From an uncultured Spirochaetaceae bacterium (GTDB lineage Bacteria > Spirochaetota > Spirochaetia > Treponematales > Treponemataceae), in contig CACZYY010000008.1 in assembly GCA_902785455.1 (NCBI GenBank), positions 851 through 64,850 on the forward strand: a stretch of DNA of 64,000 nucleotides, given 5' to 3'. Under the pieces are notes generated by a model. The model did not search any database, was not told the DNA's origin, and saw nothing but the letters and a program-made list of their open reading frames with translations. Below, piece by piece: positions 1 to 9,495 of the stretch. Made by a program: the position numbers and the translations under genes. Numbering within the stretch: position 1 is the stretch's first letter; every line of letters starts with the position of its first letter.

Positions 1-1083
1 GGTTGCCGACAATGCGGAAAATCAACGCTGTTAAAACACTTGCTTCCAGATTACAGATATATTTCGCTTGAAGACCTTGACTTACGCCAAATTGCAAAAG
101 AAGATCCCCGTCACTTTATTTCAGTTTATTCACAAAAAGTAATAATCGATGAGATTCAGCAGGTTCCTGAGTTACTTTCTTATTTGCAAACTCACATTGA
201 TTCTATCAATGAAAGCGGTATGTATGTGCTTACAGGAAGTCACAATCTTCTTCTTATGCAGTCTATAAGCCAGAGTCTTGCTGGTCGTACGGCCTTGTTA
301 TCTCTTGCTCCTTTTTCTGTCGCAGAATTACGTTCAGAAAATCTTATTCCTCAGACAACGAATGAAATGCTTTTCAAAGGAAGTTTTCCTCGTATTTATG
401 ACAAGCAGATTGAAGCAATGGATTTTTACCCCTCATATATCAAAACCTACATTGACCGTGATGTAAGAATTTTGCGTAACATAACTGATTATTCAGCATT
501 TACAAGATTTCTGAAACTTTGTGCTGGCCGATGCTCACAAATTCTGAATGTAACTGCATTGGCGGAAGATGCTGGCATTACTCGAAAAACAGCAGAAGCA
601 TGGCTTTCTGTTCTGGAAGCAAGCTATATTATCTATATGCTAAAGCCTTATTACAAAAATTTTGGCAAGCGTATTATAAAAAATCCAAAAATGTATTTTT
701 ACGATACGGGTCTTGTTTCGTCACTATTAGGAATTACAAGTGCAGAACAGATTGAAACTTTCTATATGCGTGGTGCATTGTTTGAAAACTTTGTAGTTTC
801 TGAACTTCTAAAAAGAAGACTTTTTGCAGGCAAATCTGATGAACTTTATTTCTGGCGTGATTCAAACGGTATCGAAATTGATGTTATTGAAGAGGATAAT
901 CTTGAACTTAAAGCGTACGAAATAAAGGCTTCGGAAACGATGAATACAGCCTTTTTCTCAAATATTAAAAAGATTAAAGAACTTGCCGATCTAAAGACTG
1001 AAAATACAGCTGTTATTTATTCAGGTAAAAGCCTTCCCTCAACATCTGAAAGTGGTGCTTATATTTGCTGGAAGGAGATTTGA
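1..1083 (+). CDS. AAA_14 ATPase with C-terminal DUF4143 domain (5'-truncated by window edge)
   Basis: Frame is open from base 1 (GCRQCGKSTLL Walker A). Walker B IIDEIQ, LTGS, KxYFYDTG, GALFENFV and YFWRD..EID..EIK motifs. Confidence 0.85.
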   Translation, partial: GCRQCGKSTLLKHLLPDYRYISLEDLDLRQIAKEDPRHFISVYSQKVIIDEIQQVPELLSYLQTHIDSINESGMYVLTGSHNLLLMQSISQSLAGRTALLSLAPFSVAELRSENLIPQTTNEMLFKGSFPRIYDKQIEAMDFYPSYIKTYIDRDVRILRNITDYSAFTRFLKLCAGRCSQILNVTALAEDAGITRKTAEAWLSVLEASYIIYMLKPYYKNFGKRIIKNPKMYFYDTGLVSSLLGITSAEQIETFYMRGALFENFVVSELLKRRLFAGKSDELYFWRDSNGIEIDVIEEDNLELKAYEIKASETMNTAFFSNIKKIKELADLKTENTAVIYSGKSLPSTSESGAYICWKEI

Positions 1084-1116
1084 AGAGGTCTGCCAAAAGA
1101 TATTAAAAATAAATAA

Positions 1117-1154
1117 TATTACCTATTGACATAGTAGGTAATACGGAGTAGAAT
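1117..1154 (+). promoter_or_regulatory. sigma70 promoter of cysK overlapped by a 9-9-9 inverted repeat (putative Rrf2/CymR operator)
   Basis: TTGACA (1126-1131), 17 bp, TAGAAT (1149-1154). TATTACCTA (1117-1125) and TAGGTAATA (1135-1143) flank the -35 box. Confidence 0.7.
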
Positions 1155-1190
1155 ATCATTGTTAAATAATATATTAAAAGAGGAGAAAAT

Positions 1191-2123
1191 ATGGCAAAAA
1201 TTTACAAATCATCTGATGAGCTTATTGGTCACACACCGCTTTTGGAGCTTTCGCATATTGAGAAGGAATTCAATCTTGAGGCGAAGGTTATCGCAAAACT
1301 TGAATATTTCAATCCGGCTGGAAGCGTTAAAGATCGCGTTGCTAAGGCTATGCTTGATGATGCTGAGGCAAAAGGCATTTTGAAAGAAGGTAGCACAATC
1401 ATTGAGCCAACATCAGGAAACACTGGTATTGGTTTGGCTTCGGTTGCGGCTGCACGTGGCTATCGGGTTATCATCGTTATGCCTGACACGATGAGCGTGG
1501 AGCGTCGTCAGCTCATGAAGGCTTATGGTGCTGAGCTTGTTCTTTCGGAAGGTGCAAAGGGCATGAAAGGCGCAATTGCAAAGGCCGAGGAAATCAAAGC
1601 TACAACTCCGAACAGCTTTATTGCAGGCCAGTTCGTGAACCCAGCTAATCCAAAGGCTCATTTTGAGGGCACTGGTCCTGAGATTTGGGACGACACAGAC
1701 GGAAAAGTTGATGTTTTCGTTGCTGGTGTTGGTACTGGCGGAACAGTAACCGGTGTAGGTCAGTTCTTGAAGTCAAAGAACAAAGATGTAAAAATCGTGG
1801 CTGTTGAGCCAAAATCTTCTGCTGTTCTTTCAACTGGTGTTGCGGGTGCACACAAAATCCAGGGAATTGGCGCAGGCTTTGTTCCTGACGTACTGGACAC
1901 AAAAGTTTATGACGAAATCATTGCCGTTGAGAACGATGATGCTTTCAAGACTGGCCGCCTGGTCGGTGTAAAAGAGGGTGTTCTCGTAGGAATCTCTTCT
2001 GGAGCTGCTTTGTGGGCAGCAATCGAAGTTGCGAAGCGTCCTGAGAACAAGGGCAAGAATATCGTAGTTCTCTTGCCGGACACAGGCGACCGCTACCTCT
2101 CAACTCCGTTGTTCGCTGATTAA
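1191..2123 (+). CDS. cysK: Cysteine synthase A
   Basis: NPAGSVKDR PLP lysine, PTSGNTG, GVGTGGT, HKIQGIG, LPDTGDRYLST. AGGAG RBS. Confidence 0.97.
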   Translation: MAKIYKSSDELIGHTPLLELSHIEKEFNLEAKVIAKLEYFNPAGSVKDRVAKAMLDDAEAKGILKEGSTIIEPTSGNTGIGLASVAAARGYRVIIVMPDTMSVERRQLMKAYGAELVLSEGAKGMKGAIAKAEEIKATTPNSFIAGQFVNPANPKAHFEGTGPEIWDDTDGKVDVFVAGVGTGGTVTGVGQFLKSKNKDVKIVAVEPKSSAVLSTGVAGAHKIQGIGAGFVPDVLDTKVYDEIIAVENDDAFKTGRLVGVKEGVLVGISSGAALWAAIEVAKRPENKGKNIVVLLPDTGDRYLSTPLFAD

Positions 2124-2144
2124 GCATCAGTAAGTTCCTCTGAA

Positions 2145-2343
2145 CGTATTATAATTGATGTTATATTGAAAATGGCGCGAAGAAGTGAAACGGCTTACGA
2201 AAACACTCGTTTTGTGTTGCCGCGTGAGCGGCAAACGTATATAGTTACAAGCACAAAACGCGTGTAGCATGCTAGCATGCGCTTTCGATAAGCCGTTTTC
2301 ACGACTGGGAGCAAATTTCAATTTGTAACATTTTATAATACTG
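2145..2343. mobile_element. MITE-like palindromic element (repeat family 1, variant termini)
   Basis: About 200-bp imperfect inverted repeat sharing TATATTGAAAATGGCGC...GAAACGGCTT.CGAAAACACTCGTTTTGTG.TGCCGCG with the 10739 element. Flanked by direct repeat GTTCCTCTGAAC (2134-2145, 2343-2354). Confidence 0.75.
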
Positions 2344-2432
2344 TTCCTCTGAACAAACGAGCTATTTGTAATTTTTAATACCTTGTGTTATACTAGGTTG
2401 AAAGATTCATCTAGTTAGCACGAGGTTTTTTT

Positions 2433-2837
2433 ATGATTGTTTCTACACGCGGGCGATATGCGCTCAGAGTTTTGATTGATTTGGCGGAACATGGCGATGA
2501 AGATCGTATTCCGCTTAAAGATGTTGCTGAGCGTCAGTCAATTTCACAAAAATACATTGAGTCGATTATGACATTGCTTTCAAAAAATGGTTTTGTTGAC
2601 GGAGTTCATGGAAAAGGCGGTGGCTACAAACTTAATCGTGCTCCAGAAGATTACAGGGTTGGTGATATTTTGCGGCTTACTGAGGGCACTCTTGCTCCTG
2701 TGGCATGTCTTGAAACTGGTGCGGATCTGTGCCCGAGAAAAGCTGAGTGTCGTACAATTGGAATGTGGACAAAACTTGATGAGTTGATTGAAGGTTATCT
2801 TGACTCTGTGACTGTTGCAGATTTGATGAAAAAATAA
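2433..2837 (+). CDS. Rrf2 family transcriptional regulator (CymR/IscR-like)
   Basis: STRGRYALR, ISQKYIE, GKGGGYKL, ILRLTEG; three Cys (C..C..C); next to cysK. Confidence 0.9.
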   Translation: MIVSTRGRYALRVLIDLAEHGDEDRIPLKDVAERQSISQKYIESIMTLLSKNGFVDGVHGKGGGYKLNRAPEDYRVGDILRLTEGTLAPVACLETGADLCPRKAECRTIGMWTKLDELIEGYLDSVTVADLMKK

Positions 2838-2848
2838 ATTTTTGTAAT

Positions 2849-2970
2849 GGGCGTAACCGCCTGCATTTGGCAGGCGGCCGGGCTTTTCAGCCTTCGCTAA
2901 CGCTCATTGCTGCATTGGTTTCGACTCCGCTCAACCAACGCAGCAACTTCGGGCTTACAATCCCTTACGC
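2849..2970 (+). repeat. Structured intergenic repeat family 5 (Flavo-1-like RNA motif), copy 1
   Basis: GGGCGTAA...CGGGCTTTTC...TACAATCCCTTACGC with internal hairpins. Related copies at 5021, 46982 and 59302. Confidence 0.55.
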
Positions 2971-3045
2971 AGAAGGAATGCTCTGATTGAATCACCCTGC
3001 AAATTTCATTATAATAGATAGACTTTAATTTTATAGGAAAAGAAA

Positions 3046-3546
3046 ATGGCAGAAAAAGATTTATGTCCTTGTGGCTCTGGAAAAACTTATGGAGAGTGCT
3101 GTGAGCCAATCATCAAAGGAACTTCAAAGGCTCCTACAGCAGAAGCACTTATGCGTGCGCGCTACACTTCTTATGTAAAACAGGAAATTGAATTCATCAT
3201 CAATTCTTGCGAAGAAGGCGAGAAAATCGCAGAGATTGACCGCAAGGCAACAGAGGACTGGGCAAAGAATTCTACCTGGCACGGTCTTAAAATCCTCCGC
3301 ACAGAAAAAGGAACTGAGAGTGATGAGGAAGGTATCGTTGAATTCGAGGCAACTTACACAGACAAAGGCGGCTTGCGGGACATTCATCACGAGGTCGGCT
3401 ACTTCAAGAAGGTCAACGGTGACTGGCTTTATTCTGTCGGTTCTGTAAAACCGATGACGGTTGTTCGTGAGGGCGCAAAAATCGGTCGTAACGATCCATG
3501 CCCATGCGGAAGCGGTAAAAAATACAAGAAGTGCTGCGGTAGATAA
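3046..3546 (+). CDS. YchJ/SEC-C motif protein
   Basis: N-terminal [20 protein letters not shown]-terminal [18 protein letters not shown]. Confidence 0.92.
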   Translation: MAEKDLCPCGSGKTYGECCEPIIKGTSKAPTAEALMRARYTSYVKQEIEFIINSCEEGEKIAEIDRKATEDWAKNSTWHGLKILRTEKGTESDEEGIVEFEATYTDKGGLRDIHHEVGYFKKVNGDWLYSVGSVKPMTVVREGAKIGRNDPCPCGSGKKYKKCCGR

Positions 3547-4325
3547 TGTCACAGTCAATTACAGGCTTTCATGCCATTGAAGAGAAGGTTCGCTCTGCCT
3601 GCGAAAGCGGCAAAATTGACGGGCTTTCTCTTTATTATTCTAAAATAGGGCCTCGTGTAAAGAAGATTCTTGATGTCGCAAAAACTGCGGGGCTTCCTTG
3701 TTCTCAGTGCGACAATAAAATGCTTGACTCTCTTGTGCAGAGTTTGCCGGAAGTTGCCCGTGATCATCGCGGAATCGTGCTTTGTGCCGAAGGTGCTTCT
3801 GAGTCTCGTGCAAACGAAGTGAATTTTGACACTTGGATTGCACAGGCTGCCCTTACAGAAGAAAATTCTACAATCCTTGTGCTTGATTCTATCACTGATC
3901 CGCACAATGTTGGTGCTATTTTGCGTTCATGTGATCAGTTCGGTGTGAGTCTGGCGATAATGCCCAACAGGAACAGCGTGAATAACGTGAGCGAGAACGA
4001 AATTATTGCCCGAAGCTCTGCTGGTGCGAGCAGTTACGTGCCTTTCTGCGTGGCAAAAAACTTGAACCGAGCCGTTCAGAAAATCAAAGAGGCTGGATTT
4101 TGGGTTTATGGCGCGGATGCTGGCGGCGAGAGCGTTCAGAATCTCAACTTCCCGGCAAAAACTTGCATCATCATGGGGAGCGAAGGGACTGGAATCAGCC
4201 GGCTGCTTGAAGAGCAGTGTGATTCAATCGTTTCAATCCCGACATGCGGCAAAATTGATAGTCTGAACGTGTCTGTTGCGACAGGCGTTCTCTTGTACGA
4301 GCGTTACAGACAGTCTTTGGCATAA
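3546..4325 (+). CDS. rlmB: 23S rRNA (guanosine-2'-O)-methyltransferase, TrmH family
   Basis: LDSITDPHNVGAILRS, IMGSEGTG, SLNVSVA SPOUT motifs; HRGI in N-domain. Confidence 0.9.
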   Translation: MSQSITGFHAIEEKVRSACESGKIDGLSLYYSKIGPRVKKILDVAKTAGLPCSQCDNKMLDSLVQSLPEVARDHRGIVLCAEGASESRANEVNFDTWIAQAALTEENSTILVLDSITDPHNVGAILRSCDQFGVSLAIMPNRNSVNNVSENEIIARSSAGASSYVPFCVAKNLNRAVQKIKEAGFWVYGADAGGESVQNLNFPAKTCIIMGSEGTGISRLLEEQCDSIVSIPTCGKIDSLNVSVATGVLLYERYRQSLA

Positions 4326-4344
4326 TCATAATAAGGTACTAAAA

Positions 4345-5034
4345 TTGATTTCAATTTCTTTTCTATTTACGGTCTTTCTTGCTGTGTTTGTGGCGGAAAT
4401 GGGCGACAAGACGCAATTGCTTTTGATTGCGCTTACTTCAAAATACAAAGTTCGTGATATTTTGATTGGAACTACGGCTTCAATTCTGGTGCTTAATGCG
4501 TTGGCGGTTCTTGCGGGCGGCCTTTTAAACGAATTTTTGAGCACGCATATTTGGATTGTAAAGCTGATTGCATGCCTTGCTTTCTTTTATTTTTCGCTTA
4601 CATCGCTTTTGAAGGATAATGAAGAAGAAGAGGCGTCCGGGTGTAGGATAAAGTTTGCGCCGCTGGCTGTTTTCTGCATTTTCTTTATTGCGGAGTTTGG
4701 TGATAAAACTCAGCTCACGGCAATCACTTTTGGAGCAACGAACGGTCTCAATTTAAACGCAATCGGAATTTGGCTTGCTTCGTCAGTCGCGCTTTTGCTT
4801 GCAGATATAATCGGTCTTTGTGTGGGATATTTCCTGCATGGAAAGACTCCTGACAAGTTTTTCAATATCCTTGCATTCGTCGTGTTCGCGGTGTTCGGAT
4901 TTGTGAACCTTTACGTTGTTCTGACTTCTCTGGAACTTAATTCTCTTATGATTCCAATAATTGCTGGTGTTGGAGTTGTTTTTACTGCAATCTGTGCTAT
5001 AATTTTAAAGAGAAATTCACGCGCGGGATTGTAG
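4345..5034 (+). CDS. TMEM165/GDT1 (UPF0016) cation transporter
   Basis: Two E(M/F)GDKTQL motifs and multiple TM segments. TTG start at 4345 chosen to avoid overlapping rlmB. Confidence 0.9.
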   Translation: MISISFLFTVFLAVFVAEMGDKTQLLLIALTSKYKVRDILIGTTASILVLNALAVLAGGLLNEFLSTHIWIVKLIACLAFFYFSLTSLLKDNEEEEASGCRIKFAPLAVFCIFFIAEFGDKTQLTAITFGATNGLNLNAIGIWLASSVALLLADIIGLCVGYFLHGKTPDKFFNILAFVVFAVFGFVNLYVVLTSLELNSLMIPIIAGVGVVFTAICAIILKRNSRAGL

Positions 5035-5127
5035 CGGCGGCGTTGGCCGTTCCGAAACGAACGAAGTGAGTGCAGGAATGGAGCGAAAGCGGAACCGCGA
5101 AAAGCCCGTAGCAAGTAGAGTCGCGCC
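5021..5127 (-). repeat. Repeat family 5 (Flavo-1-like), copy 2; overlaps the TMEM165 stop codon
   Basis: Minus strand GGCGCG...CGGGCTTTTCGCGGTTCCG...CGCCGCCGCTACAATCCCGCGC, colinear with the 59302 copy. Confidence 0.6.
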
Positions 5128-5135
5128 AAAATATA

Positions 5136-5570
5136 ATGGAGAATTTTATGTTTAGAATTTCAACTAATAAAACCGAAGAGTCTTGGGCTCGGAATGACAT
5201 AAAAAAAGCAAAGCCGAGTGAGGATTCTAACGAAATCCTGGAACGAATCAATAAGCTCAGTACGGAAGGCATGTCTTACGAAACGGCGATTGATTTTTTT
5301 AAGCTTCAGCTTGCTACCTGGCGGCGTTTTTATAAAGAGGACGACAATGTTGAGGTCGATGAGGCTTACACGGCTGACAACAAGCATGTGACTCAGATCA
5401 AGAGCCTCAATATTGTGTTTTATGTGCGTGAAATCAGTCCCAATGAAATCAAAGTTACGAGCGGATTTTACGACACGATTAAAACTTCCTGCAAAAAACT
5501 TTTTGAAGATTTGGATAAGCAGTTAGAAGAAAAAGATTCTTTTGAAATGCTTGAAAGGGCAAAGGAATAG
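5136..5570 (+). CDS. Hypothetical protein
   Basis: 144-aa ORF filling the gap, normal composition, no motif recognised. Confidence 0.6.
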   Translation: MENFMFRISTNKTEESWARNDIKKAKPSEDSNEILERINKLSTEGMSYETAIDFFKLQLATWRRFYKEDDNVEVDEAYTADNKHVTQIKSLNIVFYVREISPNEIKVTSGFYDTIKTSCKKLFEDLDKQLEEKDSFEMLERAKE

Positions 5571-5592
5571 GTCGTAAATTTCTCAAAAGCTA

Positions 5593-5715
5593 TAGACAAT
5601 TTTTTTGTTTTTATATATAGTAACCGTATGACAAAGGCGTCATAAACAAACCGCTATAGGTACGTCCAAATGGATTAGCTGTGGCAGCTTGTTTATGACG
5701 CCTTTTGCTTTTTAA
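5593..5715 (+). promoter_or_regulatory. gdhA promoter and leader attenuator with ANTAR-like hairpin
   Basis: TAGACA-17-TATAGT (5593-5621). ATGAC-AAAGGC-GTCAT hairpin (5628-5643) overlaps the left arm of a 17-bp stem (5633-5649/5689-5705) followed by a T-rich tract. Confidence 0.6.
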
Positions 5716-5747
5716 GCAAAAATAATGCCAAAGAATAGGAGAAAAAA

Positions 5748-7118
5748 ATGGCAATCAAAGAATTTAACGTTAAGAACGCTTATTGTAAGCGCGTTTGGGA
5801 CGAGCTCAAAACTCGTTATGCTGACCAGGAGCACTTCTTGCAGGCAGCAGGTCTCGTTTTGGAGACTCTTTCACCAGTTGTTGACACAATGCCTGAGCTT
5901 GAGAACACAGCTGTTCTTGAGCGCTTCGTTGAGCCAGAGCGCATCATTATGTTCCGTGTACCTTGGACAGACGACCAGGGCAAACCACACGTAAATCGTG
6001 GTTTCCGCGTTCAGTTCAACTCTGCAATCGGACCTTACAAAGGAGGTCTCCGCTTCTCTCCAGAGGTTGGTCTTGACGTTCTTAAATTCTTGGGATTCGA
6101 ACAGGTTCTCAAAAACTCTTTGACAACTCTCCCAATGGGCGGCGGCAAAGGTGGTTCCGACTTCGACGGTCACGGAAAATCAGACGGCGAAATCATGCGC
6201 TTCTGCCAGAGCTTCATCACTGAGCTTTACCGACACATCGGTGCTGACACAGACGTTCCAGCTGGCGACAAAGGCGTTGGCGGAAAAGAAGTTGCTTACA
6301 TGTTCGGTCAGTACAAGAGAATCACAAACCAGTTCACTGGCGTTTTGACTGGTAAAGGCTTGGACTTCGGCGGTTCTTTGATTCGCCCGGAGGCTACAGG
6401 TTACGGTCTTATCTATTTCGCAGAGTGCATGCTCAAAGCTGCCGGAACAGACTTCAAGGGCAAGACAGCAATCATCTCTGGTGACGGAAACGTTGCTCAG
6501 TACGCTTGTCAGAAAGTTACTCAGTTGGGCGGAAAAGTTATCACATTGTCTGACTCAACAGGTTACATCCTCGACGAAGACGGAATCGATGCTGAGAAGC
6601 TCGCTTACGTTATGGAATTCCGCGCTCGCCGCGAAAAGATTGACGCTTACGTTAAAAAATATCCAAAAGCAAAATTCTTCAAGGGCGAAAAACCATGGGG
6701 AGTTAAAGCTGACTGTGCTTTCCCATGTGCAACTCAGGACGAAATCTACATGGAAGATGCAGAAAAGCTCGTTAAGAACGGCGTAAAACTTGTTGCAGAG
6801 GGCGCAAACATGCCAACTCGTGCAGACGCAATCGCATTCCTCCAGTCAAAGGGCGTTCTCTTTGCTCCAGGAAAAGCTTCAAACGCTGGTGGTGTAGCAG
6901 TTTCTGGTCTCGAGATGTCTCAGAACTCAGAGCGTCTCTCATGGACTCGCGAAGAGGTTGATGCAAAACTCAAGCAGATTATGACAAACATCCACGACAA
7001 CGCTTATGCAACAGCTAAAAAATACGCTCCAAGCGCAACAATCGACTACGTTTCAGGCGCAAACATCTACGGCTTCCTCAAAGTTGCTAGAGCGATGATG
7101 GCACAGGGATTGGTATAA
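5748..7118 (+). CDS. gdhA: NAD(P)-specific glutamate dehydrogenase
   Basis: GPYKGGLRF, LPMGGGKGGSDF, DVPAGD, RPEATGYG, EGANMP, KASNAGGV. Strongly biased codon usage. Confidence 0.97.
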   Translation: MAIKEFNVKNAYCKRVWDELKTRYADQEHFLQAAGLVLETLSPVVDTMPELENTAVLERFVEPERIIMFRVPWTDDQGKPHVNRGFRVQFNSAIGPYKGGLRFSPEVGLDVLKFLGFEQVLKNSLTTLPMGGGKGGSDFDGHGKSDGEIMRFCQSFITELYRHIGADTDVPAGDKGVGGKEVAYMFGQYKRITNQFTGVLTGKGLDFGGSLIRPEATGYGLIYFAECMLKAAGTDFKGKTAIISGDGNVAQYACQKVTQLGGKVITLSDSTGYILDEDGIDAEKLAYVMEFRARREKIDAYVKKYPKAKFFKGEKPWGVKADCAFPCATQDEIYMEDAEKLVKNGVKLVAEGANMPTRADAIAFLQSKGVLFAPGKASNAGGVAVSGLEMSQNSERLSWTREEVDAKLKQIMTNIHDNAYATAKKYAPSATIDYVSGANIYGFLKVARAMMAQGLV

Positions 7119-7232
7119 TAGAGCCGAAAAATTGCCCGAGCAATGACGCCGCCTGCGCGTGAGCGCAGAGTAAATCTTACTATGCGGCGCGAGAGTCGCT
7201 TGCGACTCTCATGGCACAAGGATTGGTATAAT
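7098..7232 (+). repeat. 22-bp direct duplication of the gdhA 3' end around a 91-bp hairpin-rich insert
   Basis: ATGGCACAGGGATTGGTATAAT (7098-7119) vs ATGGCACAAGGATTGGTATAAT (7211-7232). Confidence 0.8.
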
Positions 7233-7248
7233 CCGAGCAAGATAAGGG

Positions 7249-8514
7249 CTAATTAGTCTTTTTTAGCATTTCTTCTAAGTCCCGCTGGGCATCTTCTAGT
7301 CCTTGCGGGACTGTTTTTTTGTCTTCGAGCATGAGTTTCATTTCGCGGCCCAAAATTGTGTAGAACTGGCTCCATTCTTCCATTACAGGGCGATAAACTC
7401 CGCCTTCAAGAGCCTTTCGGACAGCTTCATATTGCGGGAATTTATTTAGAATTTTAGGATCTTTGAGGCTTGAATATCGGCACGGAACTCCGCCGTAGTT
7501 TACGGTCGATTTTTGTACTTCTTTATCCATGAGATATTTTAAAAGTTCAATCGCATATTGCTTGTTTTTGCTTGTCTGGGGGATGCCGATTGTCCAGATT
7601 CCGTAAATGTTTGAGTTGAATGCCATGCGGTCATCACGGTAACGGCCGTTCAAAGCAATGTAATCCATTGAGGAATTGCGTGTGGGCGTGTACCAGCCCG
7701 GCCAGCCGATTCCGATTGCGGCAGATTTATTTGCGATGGCTGCAATCAGGTCGTCTTTTTTGGCTGCTCGCCCTGTTTTAATCAGAGATTTGTACATGTA
7801 AATTGCTTCTGCAAATTCCGGCGTATTTATTGTGGGCTTGTTGTTTTCGTCAACGACATAAGTGCCTCGTGAAAGCAAAATCGGCAAAAAATCAACTACA
7901 ATATTGTTCGCTGTGTCTCCACGGTACATAAATCCAAGATTGTGACGCTTTTTTTGGAAACGACAGATTTTGAGAATGTCTTCGATTGAATTGATTTCTT
8001 CTGGTGTATAGCCAGCTTCTTTTATCATGAGCTTGTTATACAGAAGAACAGTTACATTCCCGTAGTAGGGTGCGAGATAAAGGCTGTCTTTGTGATAGCA
8101 AATCGTTTTTGTGGCTGGAATTATGTCATCGTCAAGGTTGTAGCCGAGCTGGGAAAGGTTTGCAAGTATTCCTTTGGAAGTATATTCTGCCATCCATGAA
8201 CCATCGACCATGCATAAATCGTAAACGCCTTCTGAGTCTGTGGCGATTCCTGATTTGAGACCGCCTTCGCTAAGTTCGCTCACATTGCACTGAATATTGT
8301 TCTTTCTTTCAAATTCTGGAAGGCATTCTTTGATGACCTCAGAATAAGTGCCGGCTCGCAGGGCAAGGTTGAGCGTTGCGACAGGATTTTGTGTGCAAAA
8401 ATGTTTGCCGGAGGTTTTTGAAAAGCACGAAGTAAAAGTCAAAACTCCAGCGGATAAAATGAGTGCAAAAAAAGAATTCTTAAAGATTTGCTTATGGCAG
8501 ATTATTTTATTCAT
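7249..8514 (-). CDS. Extracellular (sugar-type) solute-binding lipoprotein
   Basis: Lipobox LTFTSC; YDLCMVDGSW, LYLAPY..NV.VLLYNK, W.IGIP..SKNK SBP_bac-type motifs. Confidence 0.85.
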   Translation of the reverse strand: MNKIICHKQIFKNSFFALILSAGVLTFTSCFSKTSGKHFCTQNPVATLNLALRAGTYSEVIKECLPEFERKNNIQCNVSELSEGGLKSGIATDSEGVYDLCMVDGSWMAEYTSKGILANLSQLGYNLDDDIIPATKTICYHKDSLYLAPYYGNVTVLLYNKLMIKEAGYTPEEINSIEDILKICRFQKKRHNLGFMYRGDTANNIVVDFLPILLSRGTYVVDENNKPTINTPEFAEAIYMYKSLIKTGRAAKKDDLIAAIANKSAAIGIGWPGWYTPTRNSSMDYIALNGRYRDDRMAFNSNIYGIWTIGIPQTSKNKQYAIELLKYLMDKEVQKSTVNYGGVPCRYSSLKDPKILNKFPQYEAVRKALEGGVYRPVMEEWSQFYTILGREMKLMLEDKKTVPQGLEDAQRDLEEMLKKTN

Positions 8515-8545
8515 TCAAAAATCCTGTGTTTGCTAAACATGCCAA

Positions 8546-9493
8546 TTACCAGCGGAAATCTCCAGTCTGGTATTTTTTCATTCTGTTTCGGACATCGTTC
8601 ATGCATGCCGAAACCTTTTTGCGTGGAATTGAGCAAAAGATTTCTACGAGTTTTGAGTCTAGCTGTGAACCTGAGACAAGTCGCAATTCTGAAATCGCAT
8701 TTTCATATGGTAGAGACGGCCTGTAAGATCTGTCCATTGTGATTGCGGAATATGTATCTGCCAGCGCGAGAATTCGGGATGCAAGCGGAATTTCTTCGCC
8801 TTTGAGATGATAATATCCGTTGCCGTCAACGCGTTCGTGATGATATTTGACCCAGTAAGTGACGGTTGTAAAAGAAGGAAGCCTTTCAAAAAGTTCGACA
8901 CAAATTTCCGGGTGACGCTGGACAAGTTCTTTTTCGCTTGGCGTAAGTTTGCCTTTTTTGTCGATGATGCTGCGTGGAATACCAAGTTTGCCGATGTCTA
9001 GGAAAAGAGATGCGTATTGAAGGTTCATCGGGTTGATTTTCTGCCTGTCGAGAAGCGGAAGGTAATCATAAATCAGCATCGTGAGATTTTGGACATGGAG
9101 CGAGTGCCCGTCAAGATTTTCGTCACCGGCTTCGATTACGCCCACAAGCGTTTCGAGAATTTCCATTGAGCGTATGCTTATTCCGCGCATCTGAATGAAA
9201 TTCCATACCAGCATGAGCGTGAATATGATTGCTCCGAAAATAATTGGCAGGGAAAGGGCGATGAAAAGTTCTTCTGATGAAAAAACAATAATCGAAAAAA
9301 TAATGAATAAAATTTCAAAGGCAAGCAGGACTACATTTGCGGTAAAATGGGAGCCTGTGTCGTTGTAAAGGACATCGTTGCGAAGAATCAGTGTGAAAAG
9401 TGTGACTCCAAAATTGATAATCATGAGAATAATGGCGGTAATTATGAGATATTCTGCAATTACGCTGGAACTAATCAGAAAAATGCTTTCCAT
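8546..9493 (-). CDS. Membrane HD-GYP domain protein (HD changed to LD)
   Basis: 3 TM helices, HSLHV, LFLDIGK, HHERVDGNGYY, ADTYSA, RSYR. Confidence 0.85.
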   Translation of the reverse strand: MESIFLISSSVIAEYLIITAIILMIINFGVTLFTLILRNDVLYNDTGSHFTANVVLLAFEILFIIFSIIVFSSEELFIALSLPIIFGAIIFTLMLVWNFIQMRGISIRSMEILETLVGVIEAGDENLDGHSLHVQNLTMLIYDYLPLLDRQKINPMNLQYASLFLDIGKLGIPRSIIDKKGKLTPSEKELVQRHPEICVELFERLPSFTTVTYWVKYHHERVDGNGYYHLKGEEIPLASRILALADTYSAITMDRSYRPSLPYENAISELRLVSGSQLDSKLVEIFCSIPRKKVSACMNDVRNRMKKYQTGDFRW

Positions 9494-9495
9494 AA

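Noticed and set aside
4276-4344. Extended start of the TMEM165 ORF overlapping rlmB
   Set aside because: The 50-bp overlap and non-family sequence argue against it. The TTG at 4345 fits the family N-terminus.
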